The notes beneath the pieces are model-generated. The model made no database searches. It was not told the origin of the DNA and saw only the letters and a list, made by a program, of their open reading frames with translations. Shown piece by piece: positions 51,476-64,000 of a stretch of DNA of 64,000 bases (the first letter of the stretch is position 1; the number at the start of each line of letters is the position of its first letter). Where the stretch lies: contig OZ316895.1 in assembly GCA_973895155.1 (NCBI GenBank), positions 3,149,659-3,213,658 of the forward strand, written 5' to 3'. The stretch is from Marsupella aquatica (Eukaryota; Plantae; Marchantiophyta). Position numbers and translations under genes: made by a program.

Positions 51476-52515
51476 ATCCTCGTCCAGGCCCCCGGGCCCC
51501 AGCAATACTCTGCAGGTGCCGTGGATAAGTCTTTTTGCCTTGAAATCAACACTTTATTGTATTGTCTGGGCCCAGGCGATGTCACAGAAGGGTTAATAAT
51601 TTAAAGTACTACAATTGCTTACTGTAGCTGGGCAAGGAGATGGATGCTATTCGAGCCTGACAGTTCCACACGCGTGTCCCTGCTCCAGCATGGGAGCTCT
51701 GTCCAAGCAAAATTCGCGGAGGGAGAAGTGTTGACGGTCCCAAAGGACAGAGTCGGTACTTGAGGAAAGGGAGGGGGGACCTTCCAGATGCCCGCCGCAT
51801 CCATAAAGAATCAAGAGGGATTGGTTCACCTCCTGACCATGAGGTGTGCAGTTTTTGTTTTGTGTTTTTTAAGTGCGGGCTGCACCCCTGAGATGTGTGC
51901 ATACGTGGGATGCGGCAGCCACAGTAATGGTCGTCACCAGCATCCTTGACGTCGGCAGCAAATGACCTCCGATTGCATTGAAGGGGGCGGTTTTGAGGTA
52001 CTCTACTCCGTGGCTGAGGACGACTAAAGTACAGTAAAATAGCGGGGAGTAGGAGGGTGGCATGGCTAGCGCGGCAGGGCCTTGCCTGGCGGGACTGCTG
52101 GAGATTTGATTGTGTTAAAGGTGAAGCCTCGATCGGTTGTGACGGACCAGAACTTGCATCGTTGCTGGCATGGAATTGCTCCGTTGGTACAGTAGCGGGT
52201 GTGTCCTGGTGAGGTGAGAGGCGAAGGCAGGGAAGAGCAGGTCAGGTTCACGAAAGGTGCTTCATTTTGCTTCGCTTCCCGTCTATTGTAGGAATTCCGG
52301 AGAGCACAATTGGACCCACGAGCGACCATACATCGAAGCAGCTGCTCTAGCTGTAACGGTAGCTGGTGGCGCCTACGGTAGGCCGCTCCCTGTTCGGCTT
52401 CACTGAAGAGTTTTCAAGAAACGCTTGTGATCTACTTCAGACTCCGTGTTCGATTGCGAAGGTCGGCGAAGTTTTTCAGAAGACGAAGCTGCAGCATTGC
52501 CATCGCTTGGCAGTC

Positions 52516-55500
52516 ATGGCGGAAGACACTTCTATGCTGGTCAAAACGTCCGACGTGTTTGTCCGGGCGCTTGAAAATGAGGGCGTTGAGTGAGTTTTGT
52601 TCTCCTCTCTGTACTGATTTTGTTGCATCCCGATTCTCCCTTTCTGGAATTGTATCGCTGGATTTAGCGTGCGGCCCTACTTTCTTTTCTGCATTCTCTT
52701 GTGTACCCATCTTGTGTCTGGATCTTGTCGAAAGCAGATCAATTGTGTCCTAGTCCTAACACATCTAGTATCCTTTAGCTGCTGGACAAATGATCGGTGC
52801 CTGATCCTCCACGGTTGAAGGCTGTCACAAACTTTGGAAAACTTGATGGATGTTACACTAGAGTCAGTTGCACAGCGACGGTGGTCGTGGATTTGAATTC
52901 TGGTATTCTGTATCTGGATCTTGTCACCTTCACTGCTGGTTTGCTGATGGCATGTCGTTGGCGAGTAGTAAAGTGTAGAATGTCGAAAACTTGTAGCTTT
53001 TCGACTAACGTCTTTGTCAAGTGTTGTGACGAAGAGGACTGTTTCGGACTTGGAACTCTGTTCTCTATCATCCTTACATGGTCCCACATTTGAGTTGGCC
53101 TCTTGCATCATGCATTCTCTGAATGTCATTAATGTCTAGGGACCATGAACAGATCCGAAAGTTTATATGATGTCGCTTTGCGATGCGGCGTTGAACATGA
53201 TAGCTGTCACCAATATCGCAGGAAATTGTGGTTTGGGTGACTTTCACTCACTTTGCCTTCAGTGCATCCATTGGCTATATGCATTTGTTGGATGTTACTG
53301 AGGTGTAGTAGCGGAAACTAGATTTGTGAACTTTTCTTTTTCTGTTTATGAACAAGCACCAGTAGGTCTAAGGGCGCGACTACGATGAACGGACCTTCCG
53401 TTCATTTTGCTAGCTCGCTTTGAATGTAGCTGTAGCATGTAGCATGATTTCATCAATACTCTAAGCTGACCCTGAAAGAAATTTCATCGTTACGAGTGAA
53501 GGCTGAAGCTTGTTGAAACCACGTCCCACTCTACCGGTGTCTCCCACGACCTGGGCTATGTGGATTGTTCTCCGAATTACGGAGCTCATGGAATGGGGTG
53601 TTTGTCCTCCGAGCATGCAAAAATGCAGCGCTGGTCCTGACTTGTCAAACCTGTACTGCGAGCTGTACTGTCGATGTTTTCGCTTGAGCTTGATCTTCAA
53701 TCTTACCGGTCGAGTATTTGTGGTCTTGTTTCCGCCAGGTACGTCTTTGGCATACCGGGAGAAGAGAATCTTGATCTGCTGGACTCCCTAAGGAATTCTA
53801 CGATCAAACTTGTGGTGACGAGACATGAGCAGGCCGCTGGTTTCATGGCTGCGACGGTTGGTAGATTGACTGGGAAAGCTGGAGTCGCTTTGTCCACCCT
53901 TGGACCAGGAGCTACAAACTTCACTACAGCGGCTGCGTATGCCCAGCTGGCTGGATTTGCAATGATGATGGTCACTGGCCAGAAACCAATTCGGAAAAGC
54001 AAGCAGGGCTCATTTCAGATCGTGGACATTGTTGAAAATATGCGGCCCATAACGAAGTTCACAAAGCAGATACAAGATGGGGATCTTGTGCCGTCACTTG
54101 TGAGAGACGCTATCAGATTATCTGAGGAAGAGAAGCCTGGAGCTGTGCATCTGGAACTGCCAGAAGATATAGCTCATCAGATGATCGATGTGAATGACGC
54201 CCACCTTTTTCCAGTACACCCAGTGAGGCGACCAATTGCTGAGGCGAAGGCCATCCGACAAGCGATTGATATGATTCAGGCTGCAGACACTCCGCTCCTG
54301 CTTGTAGGTGCTGGTGCAAACAGAAAATTGACGCAAAAAATGCTTTTGGAATTTGTGAACAAGCTGGAAATCCCATTCATCACAACTCAAATGGGAAAAG
54401 GGGTTATAGATGAGTCGCATCCTCTCTATCTGGGTTGCTGTGCACTATCAAGCAATGATTACGAGCATGTCTGCATTGAGAAAGCAGACCTTATCTTAAT
54501 GATTGGCCATGATGTGGTTGAGAAACCACCTTTTATTATGAAACACGGGAAGCCGCCTCTAGTGATCCATATCCACTTTTATACTGCGAAGGTGGATAAT
54601 GTGTATTTTCCTCAGTTGGAAGTCGTGGGAGACATTGCAAATGCTATTTGGCAATTGAAGGAAAGTCTGACGAAGCAACCCCATTGGGACTTTTCGTACA
54701 TACATCAGATGAAGAAGGAGCTCGAAGCGCACTTGCTGAAGGGCGTAGATGACCCTCGATTTCCACTCATGCCACAACGTATTGTTGCCGATGTCCGGAG
54801 AGCTGTTCCGTCTGATGGAGTTGTTTGTCTTGACAATGGGATGTACAAAATCTGGTTTGCCAGATGCTACAAGGCGTATGAGCCCAACACACTGCTTTTA
54901 GACAATGCTCTGGCAACGATGGGTGCAGGACTGCCGTCAGCAATCGCGGTTGCAATCTTGTATCCGCACAAAAAAGTTGTAGCTGTTTGTGGGGATGGTG
55001 GTTTCATGATGAATTCCCAAGAAATGGAAACTGCCGTTCGCTTACAGCTGAATCTCACAGTCCTTGTGTTAAATGACAACGCTTTTGGGATGATCGTATG
55101 GAAGCAGCAAACACAACATTTGCCCAAGTGGGGCTTAGATCTCCAGAATCCCGACTTTGTAGCATATGCGCACTGCTACGGTGCGAAAGGCTATCGTGTA
55201 ACAGCACCTGATGAGTTTCAGAAAACTCTTGACAAATGTCTCAGTGAAGGGGGAGTGAATCTCATCGAGGTACCAATTGACTATACTTGGGCAAATGCGA
55301 TCCTCGACAAAGAATTGCCAGGAATTATGAAACCGAAGATGGCCGATGAGCAGACGAAACCAAGAATCTCGTTTGCTTTATCTGAAGCAACAGCCATCCC
55401 ACCCACTGTTAGTCCTGGGCCTCAGTCACCTCGTATTCATAAAGAAGAGAAGATTCCTGCCGAGCCATTTGAGAAGCAGGAGGCATCTGCATCACTGTCC

Positions 55501-57063
55501 TCTTCTCCTCCACTACTTTCTTCTGCTCCCAAGGCCGAGTCTAAGGCTCAGATTCCCAACATTCAGCCTCGAACACCTACACCAACAGCTTCGCATAAGC
55601 CAGCCGAACCCTCAAAACTTCGAGCTACTGAATATCCACTGTACATTGCAAACAGAGCCTACACTCCAAACTTGGATCTTGAAGTTACTAATAAGTACAC
55701 TGGGCACGTTGCTGCACGCTGTGCTCTGGCCGGTCAAGCAGAGATTAAGGAAGCTATAACTGCAGCAGAAAAATCCATGCCTGCTATGGCTGCTCTAGGG
55801 AGCTACGAGAGGAAAGCGGTGCTCGAGAAGGTTGTTGCTGAAGTCAAGGCTCGCTTCGAAGAGTTTGCACAGGCACTATGTGTAGAGGCTGGAAAACCAA
55901 TCAAAGACTCCAGGGGTGAGGTACAGCGTCTGATTGAGACTTTCCAAATTGCAGCAGAAGAAAGCATTCGCATATATGGCGAATATACCCCCTTGGACAT
56001 TTCTGAGCGTGGCAAGGGTTACCAGTCAATCGTTCGGCGTTTTCCAATTGGCCCTGTGAGCATGATCAGCCCGTTCAACTTTCCCCTGAATCTGGCTGCC
56101 CATAAGATTGCACCCGCACTGGCGGTTGGTTGCCCTTTTGTGCTGAAGCCAGCAAGCCGTACCCCACTGGGTGCGTTACTTCTTGGAGAGATTTTATCCC
56201 GTTGTGATTTGCCTGTGGGTGCATTTTCTATCCTTCCCTGCGCAAGAGGCGCTGCCGATCTCTTTGTCACAGATGAGAGATTCAAACTTGTTTCGTTTAC
56301 TGGGTCGCCAAAGATTGGCTGGGAATTGAAGGCCAAATCAGGAAAGAAGAAAGTGGTTCTTGAGCTTGGGGGAAATGCTGCGTGCGTTGTTGAGGATCTG
56401 ACACCCGATCTCGATACAGTTGTGGAACGTATAATCCATGGCGCATTTTATCAAAGTGGGCAATCGTGCATCAGCGTCCAACGAGTTTACATTAAGGAGA
56501 ATCTGTACGCTACTGTGAAGGAGGCGCTTGTCAAGGCAACATCTGCGCTACGTAAGGGTGATCCAAGCGATGAAAATACTTTCATTGGACCTCTGATCCA
56601 TGAGTCAGAAGCGAAGAGAATAGAAGGATGGGTTGAGAAGGCGATTGCTTCTGGGGCGAAGGTGTTAACGGGAGGAAAACGTGATGGAGCCTTCTATGAT
56701 GCAACAATACTAGAAAATATTCATACTGAAACTGAGGTTCACGTAGAGGAGGTCTTTGGTCCACTCATTGGGCTGCATTCATACTCAGACTTCAAAGCAG
56801 CTATTGCTGAAGCCAACAAGTCAAAGTTTGGTCTGCAGGCTGGAGTTTTTGTGACCGACTTGAACAAGGCTTTCTACGCTTTTGAGCAACTGGAAGTTGG
56901 TGGCGTCTGCATCAATGACGTCCCCAGCATGCGTATTGATTCCCAGCCATATGGAGGTGTGAAAGACTCTGGACTCGGTCGTGAGGGTGTGAAATACGCA
57001 ATGGAGGACATGACTGAACTCCGGGTCATGATCCTTCGAAATGCTGGGCAGCTTAACTCTTAA
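52516..57063 (+). CDS. Fusion protein: bacterial-type acetolactate-synthase-like ThDP enzyme + ALDH21-type aldehyde dehydrogenase (about 1132 aa, 2 exons)
   Basis: Exon 1 is 52516-52589 (MAEDTSMLVKTSDVFVRALENEGVE), followed by a GTGAGT..CCGCCAG intron and exon 2 at 53739-57063. ThDP part: YVFGIPGEENL, RHEQAA, TLGPGATN, GDGGFMMNSQE...LNDN. Pro/Ser linker at about 55320-55630. ALDH part: ISPFNFPLNL, LKPASRTP, FTGSPKIG, LELGGNAA, FYQSGQSCISVQR, EEVFGP, YGGVKDSGLGREG. Confidence 0.92.
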
Positions 57064-60000
57064 GTATTTAACAGCTTCTCTTGTTCGAAGAGAAGATCTT
57101 ACCCTTGCGTGGTTTGATGAAGGCTGGGAATAACTAGTTTTGAACAGTTCATCAATTATGTCAATGACCGTACCCTTATCCTGTTTGCAAGCTTGCTTAG
57201 TTCGGAAACTGTACATTCTCTTTCTATCAGCCTGACAGCTTTCAGGGTTCTTACTCTTACTCCTCCCAAGTAACTAGAAACCAGGATCGCGGATCAGTCT
57301 CAACTCAGGCTTGGAGTATGCCTCACTCGCCTGTACCGATCTAGAATATTGCAGGATACAGAGAAAGCCGTCACACGAGGACGCAAACATCCTCCAAAGC
57401 AATCAGAGAAGCAGCAGTAGGGATGACCTACTTTTGAGGATATTTTGTTGTAAACTGAGATTGTGTGGGTTTCCAACCACTGGTTGAGCCTCAATGGATA
57501 TGCTCAAAAGATGGGATTCCTTAAGAGCCATGTCTCTTCACCTAATGCCATATAGGAGAACTTGCTCTTTTTTTTGGCATCATTGGTTGTGTGGTACGCC
57601 AACAATAATAACGTCTGCTGTAAACTTATCATGTGCGTCATTGACCCTCCGTTTTCACTTGATACGTAGCCCAGCACCGTCTTGCTAAAAAAACAGTTCT
57701 CATCTCTCTTCGTCCTACCATAATTAAGCAGATACAATTCTATCTTTTCTGCTTTTCATGGAATGGAATTAGATAAAGAAGATGGACCACATAGTCTAGT
57801 TATATGTCCGCCAATTGGTCAGGGTTTTCCATGCAGAGCTTATGCAAACAGTGGGTCTAGAACATCAAACATTTCATTCTCTAAGATGGAGAAGAGGCTA
57901 CTCGCAACAGTCTCAGCATGATTATCTGATCATTGTTATCCATGAAATTCTATGGTTCTCGCTGAAACTGTAACTCTTGGAGTTCCTGCATAATTCGGTT
58001 CCTCTTGCTGAACTTTCACGGATTCATTCGAACATTGCTATTTGTAAGCAGGAACAACTGAATATCAGAGTTTCCCGGAAGATCCTAATGGCATGGCCTG
58101 CTTGTGCCCTCTCCAGATTCAGGGGCAGATGTCATTCCATCTTTCTCCTCGGTAAAGCAAGATCTCAAGAAAATCTATGGCCAGGAATATGTAAATTTGC
58201 TCGTTTCAGGCATTTTGCCTGCACGCAGACAGACATTTCTAGCATCTGAAATTCTGAATCGGTCGCTCTCCACAGATGTGAATTCTTCCAGTATCGTTAC
58301 ATTTACATTCTCATTGAACTACTCTACCAGCCAGTTTACCAGCCCTGGAATGTGCTCTCATGTGGCACGAGGCAATGAGTCCTACCATAATCGAAACTGT
58401 CTAATGGAGTTTTCTAGTGAGCAGGTTGACCAGCCCCTCCTTTCCTGCGGTTTACACTTTGGTGGGCGAGGAAAGGAAGGCCAATATTATGTTAACCAAT
58501 GCTTTGTCGAGAACACCATCTTTACATTGGACGGTCTGGATTAAGTTCTCACTTGGTTGAAGGTCTCTTTCCCACTTTTCTTCAACAGTGTTGAAAAAAA
58601 CAGCAATTGCCCTCACACATCAGACTTACCCTGCAATCACTGCACCCTCTGGTCCGACACATCACTTGACAGTAGTGTGTTTCGTTATTTCACTTGAGTC
58701 TGTTTTAGTATTTCACAATGTGTTGTTTTCTAGGTACCAAAACAAGTAAATTTTTGTTTGACCTGCACATACCAGCAATATGGGATTTGATGGTTTCTTG
58801 GGTAACATCAGAGATTTCTGTTCAGCAGTCAACTCCATTTCTTTGCTTTGCACAAAAAATAGGTCATGTGTTTTCTTTGATCCTGCTATCTGTTCAAATA
58901 TAAATTCGTCAGTTAATCGATCAATAATTGGTGAGCTATTCAAATATATGAAAAGAGAAGAACCCAAGGTGGATACAATCACAATAGAGAATTCTTCGAG
59001 TACACTTGTTGGAGTCACCATTAGTAAAGGTCACCCTCACAATCAATTTAATTTCTAGATTCGTAAGCTGTAAACCATGTTTTGGGGTTGACAAACTATG
59101 ATTTCCAGCAATGCAAAACCCTGCACTGTCCCTTTAAAAAAAGAAAAACTCCGCGCTGTCAAAGTAAATGACTTCTTATTCAGATCAAACACTGGAGGTT
59201 TGGAGCCAAAGAGAACACAGGAAGTACATTCCCTAGTTCAAGGTCTCTTTCCATGGAGTAAAACAGGCTTGCGACTCTACTGTAGATGTCTTTTGCGCTG
59301 AATGAAGGTTCGAAATTCAGACATTCTGCTTATTTAGGCCAGATCGAACCAAAATCTGAGCCAACGAACTCTACTTTAACTCGCATTGTGGGTGCTTCCT
59401 GGAGATTCATTTCTTTCCCTAGCTAACTTGCAGCAAGAGTGTGCGGTCTAGTGACCTATTTTCCTCTCTCTTACCCTTCATCACTATACCGCGAAGAACC
59501 GGAGAGATAGCAGGCCGTGCATTGTAGCAGGACGGCAGCGGGGAAAAGGATTCAAGGTGACCACAACATTTGAAGGCGAGAAGTGCAGGAACTTACAATA
59601 CTGACTGGGGCAACGTTTTGCTGATCAGATTTTCACAGGTGCGAGAGTTCAATTTGAATTACGGAAGGAGCTGCTACAACAGCTACGTTCGGAGATTGAA
59701 AGACAGAAACATCTAGAGTACCATTGTGTCACAGGTTTGCTTCTCTGGATACTCTCTGTCGCTCTTTTGTCTTGGTTGGCATGTGCCTTGAAGTGGAGAC
59801 AGCCCATTTCTCAGGCCAACGCGATAACATCTTGACGAAACAGTTTTAGAAATAAGATAGCTATTTGAGTACCGTTCCTGATCTTCATCACTGTGTTAGG
59901 GTACAAAGTTGACGATAATGTAGAAATTCCATTTTTCACTCTGTTGGGTAGAGAAACAAGGGGAAAAACTAGAAATGGACTGTTAGAAATGTCCGAACCA

Positions 60001-60620
60001 TATATGCCTGGAATGGACTCTTTTAAAGATGAAGGGCCAAATTAACCTAAAGCTCTCAGTTGTGGCGGCTGAGATAATAATAAATTTATAGCAGCAGCGT
60101 TCGCAACCTCATTAGAGAAATTTGATTTGTTGACCCAAAAAGCCGTCAGTTCCTTGGTATAGACTATGATGCAAGAATTTCATCGCGGAAATTTGCCAAG
60201 TAGCGTTTGGAATGTTCAGTAAGCCAACTCTTTGCAGAATCCTTGGTTCAGAGTAGTGATCCCTGCAGCGCATACTGATATTTTGCCTCAACCCAAGCTT
60301 TCAAATTATCAGGTTAAGTGAGAGCGGCTGAGCAGTTGAAATTTCAACTTGGTACTGTACAATGAAGCCTATTCTAATTCGGACGTTTCCTCCTGTGATG
60401 TCTCAGGAAAATTTCAACTTGGTACTGTCACCTGTTCTAATTTGGACGTGTCCTCCTGTGTTGTCTCAGGAAAATCTTCCAACTATTTATCTGGTGATCA
60501 GGGATATTCACCAAGGAAATGTGGTGAGCGATTGAGGGGGACCGCAGACGCAAATCTGTGTTCCTTTGTTTGGCTTCTATTGTGAGGCGTTCCTTCACTC
60601 TAAATCAGCCGACCGACGAG

Positions 60621-61256
60621 ATGGAATTCTGTCCAAGTTGTGCTAACCTACTTCTGGTGGAGCACGCGTCACTTGGTCGCCTTCTCCGATTCTTTTGCCC
60701 CACGTGCCCATATGTTTACTCCATCGAGCGCAAGGTTTTCCAGCCTTAGACCCTACTATTTCGATCTTTGAAGAGAATATGCTTTGACCGAGAGGAATGC
60801 CTCCTGGAGTGACTGGGCCTTCGAAGGATTTTGAAACTATGGAATGTCTTTGACTGGCAGATCAGTAAGAAGCTGCCGCTTAAACAAAAAGAGGTCGATG
60901 ATGTCCTTGGAGGGGAAGATGCATGGAAGAATGTGGATCGAACTGAGGGTACTTACTTCACTGTCCTGTATAAAAATAATTGTCAAAAGATTGTACGGAG
61001 TCTTCGTACATACAAACTAGTTTGATGACACGCTTCGCGAGTGGAAAGGTACAACTCTATGATCCAAAGTAAGATTAGAGATCAGAAGATACCTATGTCC
61101 TAATTCAGCTACTGTGCCATTGCAGTGACGTGTCCACAGTGCTCCTACAATCAGGCCTACTTCATGCAGATCCAAATTCGTTCTGCGGACGAGCCTATGT
61201 CAACTTTCTACAAGTGTTGCAACAATACCTGCAGTTTTAGATGGAGAGATGGGTAG
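60621..61256 (+). CDS. RPC11: DNA-directed RNA polymerase III subunit C11 (RPC10/RPC11), 110 aa, 3 exons
   Basis: Exons 60621-60734, 60861-60948 and 61126-61256. MEFCPSCANLL..FFCPTCPYVY, KEVDDVLGGEDAWKNVDRT, and the TFIIS-like zinc ribbon CPQC..AYFMQIQIRSADEPMSTFYKCC..C..RW. Confidence 0.93.
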
Positions 61257-61555
61257 GATTACAGAAAGGCGTTCACTAGTATTCATGCTGGTCATTTTTC
61301 CATCAGTGTTGTACCTCCAGAAAGTGTTTTACCTCCAGAAAGACTATCTCTAGTGAATACTGTGAACAGGAATTGGGATGTGAACCACTCTCAATCCTCC
61401 CCGGCAGTCTTGCTGAAATCATGATAGTTGAAGCACGACGCTTTTCGTCTTGATTTTGCTGTAGGTCCAGAAATTTGCAAACCTGTTACCCTACAAATAT
61501 TGGCTTCTTCACAATTGAATGGTACTTGGTCGTCGAGGCATACAGAGAAGTCACT

Positions 61556-61861
61556 AGGACTGCCGTGTTTAGATTCACCTGAGCTTCTATGACAATTGCC
61601 ACAATTACAAGTATTGATACCGAAGCGGTGACTGCACTTCAATTTTACCCGCGGTCGGTGGATCGTGTGGACCAATTCTATGGTCCTCATGAACACCCAT
61701 TGTTTAGGACTGCGGTGTTTAGATTCACCGGAGCTTCTATGACAGTTGCCACAAGTGCAAGAAGTATTGATACCAAAGCTGTGATTGCACTTCAATCTTA
61801 CACCGGGTCGGTGGATCGTGTGGACCACTTCTATGGTCCTCACGAACACCCATTGTTTAGA
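61556..61861. repeat. Tandem duplication, 150/153-bp unit x2
   Basis: aggactgc.gtgtttagattcacc at 61556 and 61706. Confidence 0.9.
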
Positions 61862-61933
61862 CATACTCACGTAAAATTTGGGAAGACTCCGGGTCTTACT
61901 TGCAACTGACCGTCAGTGTACATTGCGATCAGC

Positions 61934-62173
61934 CAAGATCGTAGTATGTGAAGTGGGTGTGCGAAAATCGCTCTTGCACATCTGTTCTTCGAAATTGATG
62001 TGATTTGTTTTTGCAAAGAGGTGGTGATCCTTGGCCCAGCCGGCAAATGTTGTCAAGATCGTAGTATGTGAAGTGGGTGTGCGAAAATCGCTCTTGCACA
62101 TCTGTTCTTCGAAATTGATGTGATTTGCTTTTGTAAAGAGGTGGTGATCCTTGGCCCAGCCGGCAAATGTTGT
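61934..62173. repeat. Tandem duplication, 120-bp unit x2
   Basis: caagatcgtagtatgtgaagtgggtgtgcgaaaatcg at 61934 and 62054. Confidence 0.92.
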
Positions 62174-63184
62174 TACTGCGACCACCTCTGCCTTGTACCA
62201 GCGTTTAAACGGTACGCAGCGCAACATGACTTCCGAGATGTCACTCACCACCCGCACGGAAAGAAGTACAGGAGATTTGAGACTACTTGAAGAGAAAGAC
62301 TGGGATCAAGTTTTCCAGATGGACACGAGCAGCTATCACGCATTCGATAGCCCATCCCAAATGATACCCAGCCTTAGTAACCATATCTAATACCCAATTA
62401 ACTCTTGTGCAAGCAATTGAGATCACCGTGGTTCAGACTACCATATGCATCGATCCTACCGCACCTTGAAGATTAGGGATGATAGGGATAGGGGGGGAGG
62501 GCGAGAAAGTTAGACAAAGAGCGGCAGTGGACAAACGGATTGATATGGGAAAATAAAGGTTACATCTTTCAGGTTCGTTTGTAATAAAGATATGTAGAAG
62601 TACATTTCATCGTGTCAAAATTTGTGTCACAATTCAAGTACACTGCACCGAGTAGCGACATCTTTCCGACATTCTGCTGAGAAACGACCTCATAGAGAAC
62701 AGTAACGTAACGAGACCTCACAGTAAGACATCGAATTTTACGCAACACATGTGACGAGACGAAACTCAACCTTTCACTGCCTGGCTCCATAAGAAAGACA
62801 TCCACAAAGCAACTATCCCTCTTCAAGCCAAATGTCAGATACAAAAATGTATATTTTTGTTTGTTGGTCTGTGTCACCGTATTACCATCCATCCTCACAT
62901 CCATCTTCATTAAAGCCTTGCGATAAGCAAAAGGATAGCTTATCTTCAAACCGTGTGAGACTTAGCAAAAATTCAGCGATGCCAACACATGTACACTGCA
63001 CTATCAATGAACCTTTGCATCGGTGAAAGCTAGGTCTCTGCCATGAGCTAAAAAGTTGGATAAATTTTGCTATCTCCAAATGTGGATCCAAACTACAACT
63101 AATGGTGCACATCTGCAGTCAAGAAACCAGACTGTCCAGTGCAAGAAATAGCAGACTGCTTGAGTAAAAGTCTGACAAGCTTCA

Positions 63185-63883
<699 letters not shown>

Positions 63884-64000
63884 TCAACCACTGTGGCAAG
63901 CTTCGATGTTGCAAGAAAATATATCATCAGCGAGCCGATGCGCAAGTAGTGCATCGTAAATATTGACCTCACCTAAAAAGCACATTTGGTGAGGCAACCC

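Noticed and set aside
53674-53738. ORF-track start (MFSLELDLQ...) of the 1129-aa protein
   Set aside because: It lies in the intron. Splicing exon 52516-52589 to 53739 restores the conserved ALENEGVEYVFGIPG N-terminus.
52516-55320. Annotation as canonical plant acetohydroxyacid synthase (herbicide target)
   Set aside because: No transit peptide; lacks the plant AHAS motifs FAYPGG, TGQVPRRMIGTDAFQE and GVGQHQMW; fused to an ALDH.
52516-57063. Bacterial contamination or misassembly
   Set aside because: A canonical spliceosomal intron interrupts a conserved motif in frame, the linker is eukaryote-like and the flanks are plant genes. Read-level confirmation is still advisable.
57300-60500. Possible gene between the fusion gene and RPC11
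   Set aside because: Only short ORFs and scattered splice-like sites; no coherent frame or motif. Part may be RPC11 5'UTR exons.
44707-61256. Functional cluster of RNA polymerase subunits (NRPD2/E2 and RPC11)
   Set aside because: Subunits of different polymerases, 11 kb apart with an unrelated gene between; proximity is probably coincidental.

Overview
Eukaryotic nuclear DNA from a land plant, probably a non-seed plant (bryophyte or lycophyte; inferred from the ALDH21-type domain and compact GT-AG intron genes). Positions 1-18.9 kb and about 30.8-36 kb are nested, decayed transposon and repeat DNA: a copia remnant, a CACTA end, a gypsy-like ORF remnant, a hAT-type MITE, SINE-like inserts and tandem arrays. 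Genes supported by splice sites and motifs are an OCRE/G-patch protein, an intronless EGY1 M50 protease, the Pol IV/V second subunit NRPD2/NRPE2, Pol III subunit C11 and the 3' part of RPL19. The standout is a two-exon gene (52516-57063, about 1132 aa) that fuses a bacterial-type 'acetolactate synthase-like' ThDP enzyme to an ALDH21-type aldehyde dehydrogenase. I propose it is a single-chain 2-oxoglutarate decarboxylase/succinic semialdehyde dehydrogenase TCA bypass of bacterial origin. All family calls come from motif recognition; no searches were run.
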